A stretch of 64,000 nt of DNA from Eledone cirrhosa (lineage: Eukaryota). The position numbers were made by a program, and so were the translations under genes. Where the stretch lies: assembly GCA_964016885.1 (NCBI GenBank), contig OZ024743.1, positions 336,350,001 through 336,414,000 of the forward strand, read 5' to 3'. The notes below the pieces were generated by a model that had not been told where the DNA came from, made no database searches, and was given only the letters and a program-made list of their open reading frames with translations. This document shows, one piece after another, positions 13,095-26,683 of the stretch; the stretch's first letter is position 1, and the number at the start of each line of letters is the position of its first letter.

Positions 13095-13680
13095 ATTAGA
13101 GTTTTTAATCCAAATAGAGTCGTCGAAATTAATCACCGACTTACGGGCATTGAGGATGACATCAACTTCGAAATCCTTAACCACTGTGAGTGTTTTATCG
13201 AAATTGATAGCTCATAGAAGAAGTGGTAAAGTGATGGAGGAGTAGTAATTATTGATGTCGAATTGGATAAAACGGCAATGTTCCTTGTTGCATATGCTGT
13301 TGAACAAATCAATCACTGCGAAAGAATTGTTCCGCAGTGCGAGAGGGGCCAAACTTCTAATTTCAGGTATAATTCTATCTAAAATCCTTTTACTAAGTCT
13401 ACCTAAATCGGATTTCGTAGGGTTAATAAGCCGAATAGAGGGGTTGTTCGGGAAATTGGATTTGTGTTCCTTCAGGGTAAAGTCGGAAGAAATAGGGTCC
13501 AGAGGTTCAGTCCGTTCCAGGATGTTGAGATCAGAGATGATTTTAAACCCAGCATCGTTGATTTCATTAATGACGCCCCGATTAGTTTTAGGGTAATCCT
13601 TAGTTAAGCATTATGTAGCAGTTGATGTAAGTACTGCGCTTCACTTCATATAGATTGCCAGTTTTGTCGGATGGACGATA
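13095..13680 (-). pseudogene. PLE RT N-terminal fragment
   Basis: Minus-strand remnants DKTGNLY..FTLKEHKSNF..SIRLINPTKSDLGRLSK..FIQFDINNYYSSI..ARKSVI. Confidence 0.8.
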
Positions 13681-14394
13681 TATATTTATCCTTATCGAGC
13701 CCTCTTCAAATTTATTATTATTACTATATATATTATATAGTAACTCAATGATAATTGTTGTTCACGCCAAAATTTTCAAAATAGTGAGTAAGTTACTCTT
13801 GAAATAGTTCTTAATATATAGAGAAAAACATTTTGTAGGGATTGTATTTACTAGTATAGAGAGAGAGGAAGAGGAATTAGAAAGTGGGGCGACAAACGGA
13901 ATAGTATAGAGAGAGAGAGGAAGGGGAGAAGAGTTAGGAAGTAGAGTGACAAAGTGAGATGGATGGGGGGGGTAGGGGTGGAAGGATTCCTTGATCAGTT
14001 TTGATACGTAGACTTCATGTCGTTGATTTAGAGTGTAGTGAGTTAAAGTGAATTAAATTGTTCATATTGGGAGGGATGGAGGGAGAGAGAGAGGGGGAGA
14101 GATATAAAGATATATATATATATATATATAAAAAATAAAGATAAAAATAATAATGATAAAATAACAGTAGAGAAGGGGGGGGGGGTAGAAAGAAGAAAAG
14201 AAAAGATAGCCAAAAAGGGGAGGGAAGAAAGGAAGAAAACGAAAAGAAATAGAAAAGGAATGGAGGAGAAGGGAGGGATATAGGTTTTTGTGGGTTAATT
14301 GTGGGTTAGATACAATAAGAGGGTATAAAGTCTAAGTATATGCAGTTTCTCAGTTGGTAGTAAGAGGTTAAGGGTTCGATTTGCACTTGTAGTG

Positions 14395-14530
14395 CGAAAA
14401 CTTTTCTTTGAGTCTATGGTTACAATAAATTGATCTTTCGATTTTATTGTTGAGTAACTTATTCTTCGAACTCAAAATGTGGAACAGCTCAAGGTCACAT
14501 AATCGACAGCTTCTCATACCACTCCGATAT
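14395..14530 (-). pseudogene. PLE GIY-YIG C-terminal fragment (3' UTR extends to about 13740)
   Basis: Minus strand YRSGMRSCRLCDLELFHILSSKNKLLNNKIERSIYCNHRLK, homologous to the end of ORF 8696-9505. Confidence 0.8.
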
Positions 14531-15162
14531 AATATTTTCTATCTTGATTGAACTATTTGAATGAACAAAAAGTTCTTCTCTAATAAAATTTGAACTACGT
14601 CTTTATCTTAACTATATATTGAAAATGTAAACACAATATCCTTCGAAGCCCTCAAATCATATTTAATTAACAACAGCATATATAATCACCAATAATATTT
14701 ATATTTTTATTTATTTATATAAATATGTATATAAATGACCTGTTGTAATATAATAAGCTAAAGTGTACTTACAACCTTAATTCTTCATAAAATCTAATTA
14801 TAAAGATTATCTATATAATATTATAACTCATGATTTGGTTATATATTTAAAATATTTGGATTAGTATTCTACCACTTCAGCACATTTTTAATTTTTAATT
14901 TTTAAATCTACTTACACCCTAATACTAATACCAGCCTCTCTTTCTTCTTACTTCTGCTTCTTTTATAAAGTATCCTAGTAATTATTTAAATTTACCTAGC
15001 GTCTAAATATAACGATTTTTTCAGTCAACGCTTATACTTCATTTACATATCCATCTTAAAGATTTGAAATTTTTCTCTTTTTCTTTCACTATCCAAACGG
15101 AACCTGAACCGATAAGGTTTGGTTTCTCGGGTATGTCACTATTTATAAAACAAATTTTGTAT

Positions 15163-15215
15163 TTTATCTGATGAGAGCGTACCAAAGTTTTTCGGTATCG
15201 TTGAAATATATATAA
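15163..15215 (+). ncRNA. Type I hammerhead ribozyme interrupted by a Helitron (stem I resumes at 16278)
   Basis: tttat CTGATGA gagcgtacc..ggtatcgtt GAAA tatata TA a|taaa; intact homologue at 25788-25846. Confidence 0.75.
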
Positions 15216-16277
15216 CTAGCAGAGGTACCCGGCGTTGCTCGGGTATTAAATAGCAGTTTGTATACCATTTATGTCAATACTTCAGTGCTGCTTCGAAAAC
15301 TATACTTTTACAAAATCATTGGTTTTTCCAAAAGGGGTTTCCTGACCCAGAGGTCCCCTACTCAATATGTGCCAATTCTAACAGTTCACATTCATATGTA
15401 GGTCAAACGTAGCCCATGTGCCAAGTTTTGTGAAAATCGGTTGCGAACTCCAGAAGTTATGACATTTTGTTGCATTGCACTACGGTGCTTCAGTCGACTC
15501 CAAGGAAGTGGTTAAAGGGGGTTATCTGCCGGGAGGCCCTATAATCAATATCTTGAAAAATGAAAGTGCCCATGACCATCCAGAGTTCATAAGTAACCTA
15601 TGTCTTAAGTTGGGTGAAAATATTGTAGAAATGCATAAGGTTTATACATACGCGCGCGCGCCCGTGCGTGTGTATGGGGGGGGGGGGTTATGAATTTGTG
15701 TGTGCGTATGTATGTGTATGTCCGTCGGGGCATACGTATGTACTGGCCTAAATCTTCACTATTTACTTTTACTATTTTAATAACCTCTGTCATTTTCGTT
15801 TTCAATTTTATTTACATCATTCTTAAACTCCGGGGCTGGAAATCATTCTGTTATTTTAAATAGAATATTAGTCTAACGACTCCATTTATACGATAATCTT
15901 GGTCTTGTTTTTGTATGAAATTGTTCTTATCGATCCACATAACAACGTATTATCCTCGCTTTTTTTCCGTTCAATACCACGGAACGTCTTCACGAACCAA
16001 AATATCGTCTTCCTGTTTTCGTTCGGTTGCAACGTTTCTCGAAATATTTACTTCTGCGTTCACAGATTACTCTCAGTTCAATTTGAATGGGAAATTCTTG
16101 TTTCATCGATTTTCTCCGTAACCATGGAAGCTTGTAGCTTGAAAGTAGACCCAACGCATCCTCAAGTCATTCCACATAACTGTGTAAATTTTCGCTGCAT
16201 TGCACCAAGCCGTTTCGACGTTTATCCGACTACACCTACATATACACCGTCCGACCATTTCCAATTTATATAGTAGA
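15216..16277 (-). mobile_element. Non-autonomous Helitron
   Basis: Minus strand begins TCTACTATATAAA and ends hairpin ACCCGAGCAACGCCGGGT..CTAG; inserted between A and T; flanks rejoin into the pLTR seen at 25741-25850. Confidence 0.85.
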
Positions 16278-16347
16278 TAAAATAAATATGGTTTTATAAA
16301 TATAGTTTCCATTTATTAATATCATTGTTATATATATAATATATATA

Positions 16348-16414
<67 letters not shown>

Positions 16415-16416
<2 letters not shown>

Positions 16417-18161
16417 CGAGGGAATTGTGGTAAGGAACCAGGTGGACCATAACGCACCAGAGTACTCAATACTTAGGGTAGTAGAGTGGGTGATAGGAAA
16501 AGGCATGACCCCGACGGCAAAGCTCAAGCCGTTTCGACGGCTATTTCAGGACTAAATTAGAATTTTTAGCCTGGTAAATAAATAGCCGAACTTATCAAGG
16601 GGAACTTCCTTATATGGGAAGAATGTAATTGTCAAGAAGATTGGTCAAATTTTATTGTAAAGACAAGTAGATCTGTCATAGCATTTGGTGGTGTGGTGGT
16701 GGCTGAAGTTGCCGGTAGAACAAAGAAGGAGTGAGTAAAGCCAGTCAGGCGTTGTAAGTGAAATCTATACAACAGATTCTAAGGATAGTGTATGAAAGAA
16801 TGTTCTGGAGATAAGGAGGAGGGGAGTATAAAGAATAGGTATGTCGAAGACAATGAAAAAAAAATATATATATATATAAAAAATTATATATTGGGAAATG
16901 AATGAAATAAATGAAAAAAAACAAAAACAAATACAGTAGAGTCTAGAAACAGCTGCAATAATTAGTAAGTGTTAAGTACGGCGAAGCTATAGAAACATTT
17001 AATAAGTAGAGAGTGTAAAATACTAAATAAGAGAATGTAGAAATGGGTCGTGAAAAATATAATGCAAACTTTACAAGGGGTCTAACACATCTGCTATAAA
17101 CGTTGGTAAAGCGTAGTCAGCCAATTCTATCTTAAAATTACAGGGGTGGGGGTACTGTGGCTACAGAGGACCGAATGGCTGCATCGGGTAGGCGAAAGGG
17201 GAAGACAGACGAGGAAGAAGATTGGGGGTGAAAGGAAGTGATAGAAAGAGACTGGGTGAATAAGGACACAGAGGAAAAGACAATAGGTACTTCTACCTAT
17301 GTAAGCAGGGTTTCCCCTAACTTAATCGACAAGTGGGGGGTATCAGCCCTTGTCTACCCACCCGGGTCGTTATGGAGTTTGAGGGCGAGGTAGGTCCTAC
17401 GCAATCTGTGTTTGCATGCGGTTACCAGTTCGTCTTTCTTGTTTAGGAGTTGGTCCTTCGAAAACAGCATTTGTAATGTTTCCTCCGAGCATAAGTTACA
17501 CGGGCGGCGTCCTCCCGTGTAAGGGTTAGCTCTGGACAGTAAGCTCCAAGTGAGATTGTAGGTTGTATTATTATTTTTGAGGTCCCAGATGTGGCCCGAA
17601 AGTGTAGTGGCATGTCGCCGGACCGGGTTTCGGAAAGTATGTCGATGTTGGTAGAGCCGGGTCTTGAAGTCACAAGCAGTTAATCATATATAAGCTTTGT
17701 TGGAGGTGTCCGTCCTCGCGTTGCACTGGTAGATCATGCTCCGTTCTCGGGAACTGTTGTTGAGAGGGCACATGGATCTATCAGGACAGTTACACCTCCT
17801 GGTAGGCTCTCCACTGATGTCCAGGTTATTTCTTCCATAGGGGTTGAGTTTTTTGTTGTTTGAGGAGATGATGTTGTGTGCAAAGTTAGGTGTGGTGCTG
17901 TAGGGGAGTTTGATGGTGTTTTTGTTGATTATGTTGCGGTAGCGGTGTTGTAGTGGGAAGTGTTTTTCGAGGAGCCTAAAGAAGATTTTCCCGATAGGTA
18001 TTGCCACCTCGGCATTGTGGGGCGGATTGAACCACGTTACGCTGCGTGAGCGGCGGTGTCGCCTGCTGGTTCCGCTAAGGGAAGCTGGATAAAAGGATAT
18101 TTCCTAGTCCTGAAATAGCCGTCGAAATGGCTTGAGCTCTGCCGTCGGGGTCATACCTTTT

Positions 18162-18168
<7 letters not shown>
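16415..18168 (-). mobile_element. 5'-truncated PLE (GIY-YIG remnant about 17400-18050, 3' UTR/pLTR, inverted pLTR tip 18105-18168)
   Basis: VTWFNPP..IGKIFFRLLEKHFP..CNCPDRSMCPLNN..MIYQC; pLTR tips of this family also at 7765-7902, 35635-35818 and 42274-42352. Confidence 0.85.
16509..16602 (-). ncRNA. Degenerate type I hammerhead (core TTGATAA)
   Basis: cccc TTGATAA g..cggctattt/aaatagccg..c GAAA cggc..gccg TC gggg; stems intact, core mutated. Confidence 0.6.
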
Positions 18169-18234
<66 letters not shown>

Positions 18235-18235
<1 letters not shown>

Positions 18236-20710
18236 AAGGTTAAACAATGTTCAATGAATAAATCAAAGAATGAGTTTTACAATAGATTAGAAGCACTCAA
18301 CGAAATTGCTTTTCCAGAGTTATTAATATTAATTCAAAATATTAACATAAATAGACATTCGTGTGATCAAGTATACTTTATTATACATATTTCAGAGGTA
18401 CTGAGCTATCTTCAACAGTACGGTCTCATCAGATAAAATAAGATGATGCATGACATACCCTGACTTAGAAGATGGTTAAGATTCAGTCATGGTAGTGAAT
18501 AAGATATGACAAAACTCAATATTTATATACCTTAAGATTGAGAGATGAAAAAATTTACATATAATACAGAGGGTGCGTGTGAGAAAGCTTAAAAATACAT
18601 AATAGTAATTTACATAACTGTTAGAGATTCAAATAATTTACATTATTAAAGAAAGAAAAAAGAAAGAAGAAAGACAGAGAGAAACAGATGAGGAAAAAAT
18701 ATAGTTACTAGAAGAGAATTGATTAAAGATAGAGAGACAAGAAGGATAGATTTTTATAGTATAAAGCATAAGGAGGGAGATTTGTATTGTCGTGGATGAA
18801 TAGGGTGTGATTAGATGATGCAAATATATATATATATATATAAATATGAATATACATTTGGGCATAGCTTTGTGAAAGATTAAACTTGAATCTTTGAATT
18901 ATCTAGAAGTATCCATCAATCTAAATATTAAATATATATGGGTGTAATAATATGAGGGATTAATTTCGAGTCCTTAGTTAATTAGAAATATACTAACAAT
19001 TAATTATATACACTATATATATCTAAACGTATCCGGCTGACCGTTAAATTTCGAATCTTTTTTGTTAGTTCAGAATAATGAATTAATCTAAAGGTATAAT
19101 ATTTCAGGCTATAAAATTCATAAATATCTATATTAATATTAAAGTATACAATTATATTTAATTTATAAAGTCATATTTAAAGTATTTGCAAACATGAGAA
19201 AGAAGAGACTTAATATGTTCATCCTCACGAAGGTAAACCATATCAAATTATATTATTTTATATTATATTTTTTAAAAAATGTTTATATTAAAACAATAAT
19301 TCTTCTTGTATAATTTAGAAAATAATTACAGTTATAACTTAAAAAATTTGAAATTAACAATTAGAATGCCCTAAAGTATCTAAAGGCCTTATAATTAGAC
19401 TTAAAAAAGGGTATTATTAAATTAGATATACGCATTTGTCTAAATATATACAAAGAGTATATTTCTAAAGTTCAAGACGATATTAGCCAGTTTTACACAA
19501 TATAATATAATATAATAAATAAGTTACTGTTAATATTGTTAAAATTAAGGTTTTAGATCAATTATTATATTAGAATCATGTAATACATATATACTATAAA
19601 TATACAAATCAAACTTCATGAATCATAAGGATAAGAACCAGATTAAAAAAAAAAAAGTAAATTATTTGCGATCTTAAAAGTACCAAATATCTAAGCTATA
19701 TAGTTTTAAAATACAAGAACATTTTTAAGGATCTATATTGTAGTATAATTTCACATTTAAAGTGTCTGTTAACATGAGAAAGAGAAAACTTAAGATTTTC
19801 ATCGACCCGAATTTAATTAAATTAAAAAATAATAATCGTTATATAATTAAGAAGATATTTAACAATTATAACACTAGAATGTCCTTAAGTATCTAAAGTA
19901 CTTATAAATGTGGCTAGAAGCATATTATTAAACTAGATATATTACATTTGTCCAAATATATACAGAGTATTCTGTTCGGAACTCAAGACGATATTAGTGA
20001 TCCAAATACATATAATAAATAATAAATACAATCATTGTTAGTAAAGATTATAATTGAAGTTTTACATCAAGTTAAGTGGAAAAAGTTTGACGACTAGGAT
20101 CGTGTGCGATGCATATACCATAAATATATATAAATAAATATAAATATATAAATCAGACATCCTGAAACTTAAAACTAAGATACTCCAAAAGAATAAATAC
20201 ATAAATGCATGAATGGTTTACGGTTCATTATAACTGTTAACCATATAAGCTATATATTTTTAAAAATACAAGAATCCAATCAAAATAAATGTATCTATAC
20301 AATCAAACGATATGTATATTCAACAAGAGATCATGTTAACAATCTATATGTTTATATATGTATATAGAACCCTTAATCTAACTCTAATCATATCATAAAT
20401 GAATAAAAAAAATAAAAATTTATTATAAGGTTTTATAATCTGTTATAACATTTTATGCATTTAGTTGATAAGAGACGTCAAAAATTAGAACCTATTTATT
20501 TAGTGTTTTTTCCTGACTTTTTGCGAGGCTAGGAATGTAGAGGAAGCTTTATGAAGGCAATTTGAGAATAATTCACTTTTTTTGTTAATTAAATTTTCAT
20601 AATTAGTAATTATTAATCGGGCTTCCATAGTACAGAGATTGCAGTTAGGTGATATTGAAGAATTCAAGTAGATTCGACTATTACAAATCTTCGACCAAGA
20701 AATCAAGTAT
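18235..20710 (-). mobile_element. PLE 3' remnant: GIY-YIG C-terminus (20500-20706) plus long AT-rich 3' UTR/pLTR
   Basis: ISWSKI..CNLCTMEARLII..LINKKSELFSNCLHK; HHR near the (TA)n-abutting end. Confidence 0.7.
18377..18437 (-). ncRNA. Type I hammerhead ribozyme
   Basis: Minus strand: tttat CTGATGA gaccgtactg..cagtacctct GAAA tatgta TA ataaa. Confidence 0.8.
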
Positions 20711-20912
20711 TTTAATTAATATATATGTAGACAGCATATATATGTGAAGGTATGTATATTTCCTCTGATAGTTTGTAATATTTTTACATGGATCTATATG
20801 ATATACATACTAACACACATATATATCCTGGAAACGATCGTAAAATGATGATTTTTAAATATAAGGAACTTGTTCTCTGTTTTTATTCATTGTTTTTATT
20901 AATTTACATATA

Positions 20913-20964
<52 letters not shown>

Positions 20965-20965
20965 A

Positions 20966-21017
<52 letters not shown>

Positions 21018-21086
21018 GTTGACAGGGCCGCGCCAATAAAAAAACACACTGTTTAATTTCGGTGTTATTATTAGTAAGGTAAGTAA

Positions 21087-21699
21087 GGCGATGGATTGGC
21101 AAGATTGGTAGAGCATCAGACAGCATGCTTTGTAGCATAAATGTATGGTCCTTTACGTTCTGAGTCCAAATCCCGCCGAGGCTAGCTTTGCCTTTCATCC
21201 TTACGGGGTCGATAAAATAAAGTACCAGTAATGCACTGAGGTCAATTTAATCGACTCTCCCGTCCCCCAAAATTGCTAGCCTTGTGCCTATAGTAGAAAT
21301 CATTATTAGTAAGGTAAGTGCGTTCGATTGGCATTATCAGTAGAACCTCGGACTATATGCTTTATGGCATAATGTTACGGCGCTTTACGCTTTGAGTTCA
21401 AATCCTGCCGAGGTCAACTTTGCCTTTCACTCTTACTGGGTCGATACAATAAAGTACCAGTCACGTACTGGGGTCAATGTAATCGAATTACTCTCCCCCC
21501 AAATTGCTGGCCTTGTGTCTAAGACAAAAACCATTATTAGTCAGCTAAAGGCAGTGGATTGGCAGTATCAACAGTGCGTCGAACAAATGTTTAGTTATGA
21601 CTTACCACGTTTTGAGTTCAAGTCATGCCTTGATCAACTTTGCTTTTCTGCATTTCAATAAAATAAATTACCAGTTAAATAGTGGGTCATTATAAGCGG
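21087..21699 (+). mobile_element. Three head-to-tail tRNA-derived SINE copies
   Basis: Units at about 21087-21306, 21320-21540 and 21547-21699, each with a B-box and the conserved core. Confidence 0.8.
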
Positions 21700-21860
21700 A
21701 GAAGGCGTTTCCCCGGAGGATGGTAAGGGAGATCCGCTGGAAGAGCCATTCCAACTCGCGAGATTCACACCTGCGGCTGGCCAGGTCAGCGCCTATGGTG
21801 GTGAGGGCCAAGGACACCAGAAGTCTCCACTGGCAAGGGCATGTCCGCGAACCTGCCGCC
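21700..21860 (-). pseudogene. C-terminal fragment of a CRE-like (restriction-like endonuclease) non-LTR element
   Basis: LASRRCESRELEWLFQRISLTILRGNA resembles the FQRxSxxxxRGNA end motif of CRE-type ORFs. Confidence 0.55.
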
Positions 21861-21869
21861 GTTCCCACC

Positions 21870-23635
21870 ACCACAAAGTCGGCTATCATGTCCAACACCA
21901 TTGGCACCCAAACCACCACCACCACCACCAGCAACACCTGGAACAAAAAAACATGAACTACAATAACAACACCAACAGCAACAACAGAAAAAATGACAAC
22001 AATATCGACAACAATGACAATCACAACAACAAAAGCAGCAATGAGAACAAGAACACAACAATAAACAACAATGCCACAGAGAGGAAAAATGCCCATCTCT
22101 TTGGCGGGGGCGGCACGCAACGTAGAGATAATCCTGGTCACAGAGGATATGGCGGTCGCAAGACACATGGAGACTAGAACTGAATTTTCATTCTCCCTGA
22201 AACCTCCAACCGATTTCATGGAGGAGTAAGAGTGACGCACGGTGTCATACCGCACGATTGACGCGAAATCGTGTCGTGTGGAGAGAGCCACGGAGGCTGA
22301 AATACAAAAGACTTGTGGACTGTGTGTGCAGGGAAAACCCACATCACGTGAGGCAAAAAGTATGCTACTGTGGACGTCCTTTTTGTCACCACCCAAGAAA
22401 CAAAATCTCACTTCTTGACAAACCTACGGAGTGAGGAAATAATATTAGTTCCTTTTTTACTGCGGAAAAAAAATTGCAAAGGTCAGGGCAGAGTGCCCTA
22501 TGTACCCTTTCCTTGGCTGGTCTTATCTGTCCTTGCGGGCATCGAGGACAAAACAACCGTTCTGCAGGAACAGCTCAATGCCTCATTCCCAGCACGAAGA
22601 GCTTACAGAGATCGGGTTAGTGAATTAGTTAAGCGAGCGTTGAGGTGGGCAATCGTCACCAACAAATAGTGATTCGCCCTGAAAAGGGCGATTAGAGTAG
22701 AATCCATTAGGTTTAGTAAGGCGTTAGCAATAGAGAAAAACAAAGCATAGGGTGAACTAGTTAGAAAACTAGATGCGGCGCTTAGTAAAGGCACCGACTT
22801 GCTTGCGGTGAGATTGGCCCTCGACCAATTCTTCAACGCAAAGCGCTAGGGCTACCTTGTCAGAGCTAGGGCCCGTGCTCTGAGACACGGAGAGACGAAA
22901 GCCGTTAGATGGGCCCGAATGGTCATGGCGCGTCGTGGCAACAAATCCACGATTTGGTATTGGGAGGACCACGACGGGCGCATGTTACTCGATCCAGGGC
23001 AGATGTGCGCGGCTTTTCAGCAGCACTTTGCTCAGCTTTTCGGGGTCAGCGACTGGCCGGATCGTGGGATGGACTTTAGTGCCTACCTCAACGGTCTGCG
23101 CGGCTCTCGGCAACCGAAGTGGAGTGTTGCGAAAAGCTGATAAAAGCCGCTGAAGTACGGAAGGCAATGACTGGTTGCACGATGGGTAAATCACCTGGTT
23201 TGGATGGTTTTCCCTACGAGCTTTATGTAACACAAGCCAGATATGTTCGGCGACCTCTTGGCAGACGTCTACTGCAACTGGCAGCAAAACGGGACAATTT
23301 CCAGCTCTGTGAACCGAGGAGCTATGGCGCTGCTTAGAAAGGACCCAAACAAGGGGGACAACATAGATAATTTCGGGCTCATAACCCTGCTAAACGCAGA
23401 GTTCAATATTTTGGCCAAGGTGCTAGGAAAAAGGTCGTCGGTGGTTTGTTGGGAGAGTCGCAGACATGCGCCATTCCTCGACATCCTCCTTCGATACATT
23501 GTGGAGAGGGTAACTAACAAACCTGCACGGATGTGGCCTTGATCGATTTAGATCAGTTGAAAGCTTTCGATAGGGTCGACCATCGTTATCTGGCAGCGGT
23601 CCTGAGGGCGATCGGATTCGGACCAGTCTTCTGTG
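21870..23635 (+). pseudogene. Decayed, internally deleted Tx1/L1-like LINE
   Basis: Asn/Thr-rich ORF1-like start; KSPGLDGFPYE, ITLLNAEFNILAKVL, DLDQLKAFDRVDH; homologous to 59980-60880. Confidence 0.8.
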
Positions 23636-23864
23636 ACCTTCTCAATGACCTCTCCCTCTATGTCTCCTCTTTGTTTCGATTGTATTAAACTATATTAAAA
23701 GGAAGACCTAGATAAAAAAAATATCAGTTTTAAAATTACTTTAAGTAAGACACTTCGGTTTCAGACTAAACATTTGACCACTAAAGAGTAAGAGCAAATA
23801 CATTTTGTAAATCATTTGATTATTAAAGTGGTTCTTTCATTTCTACTGTGTTTATGTGTGAAGT

Positions 23865-23930
23865 GGAGGCACATAGCCTACTGGTTAAGGTGTTGGACTT
23901 ACGAATATAATGCCGTGGGTTCAATTCCTG
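23865..23930 (+). mobile_element. tRNA-like SINE head fragment
   Basis: TAGCCTACTGGTTAAGG A-box and GGTTCAATTCC B-box; no intact acceptor stem. Confidence 0.45.
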
Positions 23931-24323
23931 ATTTTGTTGTGATTTATGTTTGTGAATACATTTTCCGATGTGTTCCTTCCTAATTTATGTATATCTTAGA
24001 CTTTTTTATTTATTTAATGACTAATTGAAATAACAGGCGGGAGAGAAACTGGGTGAGGTTTTATTTATTTAGTTAACGTGTTAGAAGAGGGAGGTTTTCC
24101 ATTACATAAATACATATCGGTGCATGAAAATCATTCATAATTTATTAATAGTTGAAATATAAATATCTCCATTTTACGGCTGATTACGAAATTTCGCTCA
24201 ATACCGAATGACTGCCATATCGATTTCATGAAAAAAGATAGCAGAAAACTTTGCAAATTATGTTAGAAAGTAACCGAAAATAGATATTTAACATTTATAT
24301 ATACATAATGTCGGTGTTGTAAC

Positions 24324-24402
<79 letters not shown>

Positions 24403-24405
<3 letters not shown>

Positions 24406-25628
24406 TGGTTACACAACAGTTAGTTCACCATACCGAGAACAATTGTTTCACCTTAGCGGATCCTCAGCTCGTAATGGACATGGTTATACGGAACAGGAAG
24501 GACAGGACAACCTTACGAATGCGCATGCGCAGAAACGATCACTTCACACCGGCAATTCTAAATTGCGTGCGAGAGATGTAAGGAAGATAACTGCGAAAGT
24601 CCGAAAGTTTCTAGTTGATAAGAAAATTAGGATGTTGTTGTAATTCAACCTGTCCCAGTGGGAGAACAGCGACTCCGTAATTAAGTATTTTAACTCCTTC
24701 AAATCCCAAAAAGCGAAGTCCACACAGTTTGACATTGTTGATTTTTACCCGTCGATCTCAGAGACCCTATTAAACAAAGCGTTGGACTTTGCTACCAATT
24801 ACAGTGCCGTGGATGGTTTAGACAAGGAAATCATCGCTCACTGCCTCAAAACCCTCTCTTCAGCAATGGAGTAGCTTGGGCAAAGAAGTCAACAACTTCA
24901 GACCTATTCGACATCTCCATGGGATCGTTTGACAGTGCTGACGTATGCGACTTGGTTGGCCTATTTACTTTAGACATATTACGTGTTAGATTCCCGGACT
25001 TCCACACGGGAATATACCGTGACGATGGACTGATCTTATCGAGCCATAAAAGTGGTCACGACATCGACCGCTTTAAAAAAGACTTAGCTTCTACCTTCAA
25101 TGAGTTAGGACTTAGGATAACAGTAACTACCAACCTCTCTAGCGTAGATGTCTTAGACATTAATTTAGACCTTCGCACACACACCTACAGACACTTCCAT
25201 AAGCTTAACGAAAAACTCAATTACATTCACAAGGACTCATGCCACTCTCCTACTGTTTTTAGAAACTTCATAAATAATATCAGTTCTAGAATCTCAAACC
25301 TCTCCTCTAATAAGGCTATCGTTGACAGGGCGGCACCCTACTATAACACGGCGTTAGCTAACAGCTGCTTCTCGCAACCTATCACTTACTCTCCCACTAA
25401 CAACAACAGCAATAAGAAAAGAAAGCGTAACAATAGACAAACGATCTGGTTCTCTCCTCCCTTCTCATTCAACATTAAAAGCAATGTAGGCAAGAAATTT
25501 CTAGCCCTCTTAGATAGACACTTTCCCATAGGTCATAAATACCGCTCCATCTTTAACCGATACAAAGTAAACTAGGATACTCCTGCGCTAAGAACATCAC
25601 CAACAGCCCTAAGAGCAACACCCCACCA
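24403..25628 (+). mobile_element. PLE: inverted pLTR (24403-24650) plus RT fragment (24655-25628)
   Basis: FDIVDFYPSI, MGSFDSADVCDLVG, GIYRDDG, WFSPPFS; paralogue of 51305-53130. Confidence 0.9.
24434..24471 (-). ncRNA. Minimal type I hammerhead ribozyme
   Basis: Minus strand: cgag CTGAGGA tccgctaaggt GAAA caattg TT ctcg. Confidence 0.8.
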
Positions 25629-25683
25629 TATATAATAAAATAAAATAGGTTTTATAAATATAGTTTCCATTTATTAATATCTT

Positions 25684-25743
<60 letters not shown>

Positions 25744-25787
25744 AAGATATTAATAAATGGAAACTATATTTATAAAACCTTTTTTAT

Positions 25788-25846
25788 TTTATTATATATA
25801 TTTCAAGGGCGACCAACCCAATCTTGGTGCGCTTTCATCAGATAAA
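25788..25846 (-). ncRNA. Type I hammerhead ribozyme in a solo pLTR (about 25741-26640)
   Basis: Minus strand: tttat CTGATGA aagcgcaccaa..ttggtcgccctt GAAA tatata TA ataaa. Confidence 0.8.
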
Positions 25847-26639
25847 TTACAAGATTTGTTTTATAAATAACGACATACCTATGTAAATCAACCATAACGG
25901 TCGGAAATTCGCTGGAGAGTGGAAACTTATTGGGGGTAGTTCAAAGTTATGTGTGAACATACAAATGAATGTATGAAAATTTGAAAAGAACAACCGTTTA
26001 TTTAAATTACGCTGTAAGATAGGGAAGAAAGAGAAGAAATAGAGAGAGAAAAGAGAAAAAATTACTGTTATGTGATAGATAGAGGGATAGAGAGAAGACA
26101 TAATTTATCAGAGGATGAACTCATGTAACGTAAATAAGACTTAAGTTTATATTAATGTTACGTATACTTACTAATTATTGTTAGAATTCTAATATAATAT
26201 AATATAATATTTACTATTATAAATATATAGAAAAAATAGATATATAGAAAAAATTAAATATATATAAAGATATATTGAAAAATAAATTGAAAATAGATGT
26301 AAAGTAGGAGAATCAATAGATAGAAAGATATAGATAGAAGAATAGATATATGAATGGATAAATAATTGTTTTAATAAGTTATGAGGGATACTGGTTTATA
26401 TTAAATTAACCGAGTTAATAAGATTATTTATATGTTTTTAATGTTTTAAATTGGGAAGATATTAAAAATCACAGTTTTGTTTATTTATTAGTTAGTATGA
26501 GACCATTTTGACGAAGATATAAATGTTGAAAGATATATTTAGCCAGAATTAGTTATTGGTTATAACACTAATATTAAATAATTAAAAAATATTAAAAGTA
26601 TTAAAAATATTAAAAAATATTACAAAATATAAAAGAATA

Positions 26640-26683
<44 letters not shown>

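Noticed and set aside
20785-20850. Hairpin followed by GAAACGATCGTA, like an HHR 3' half
   Set aside because: No CUGANGA box or stem I found; at most a truncated pLTR tip
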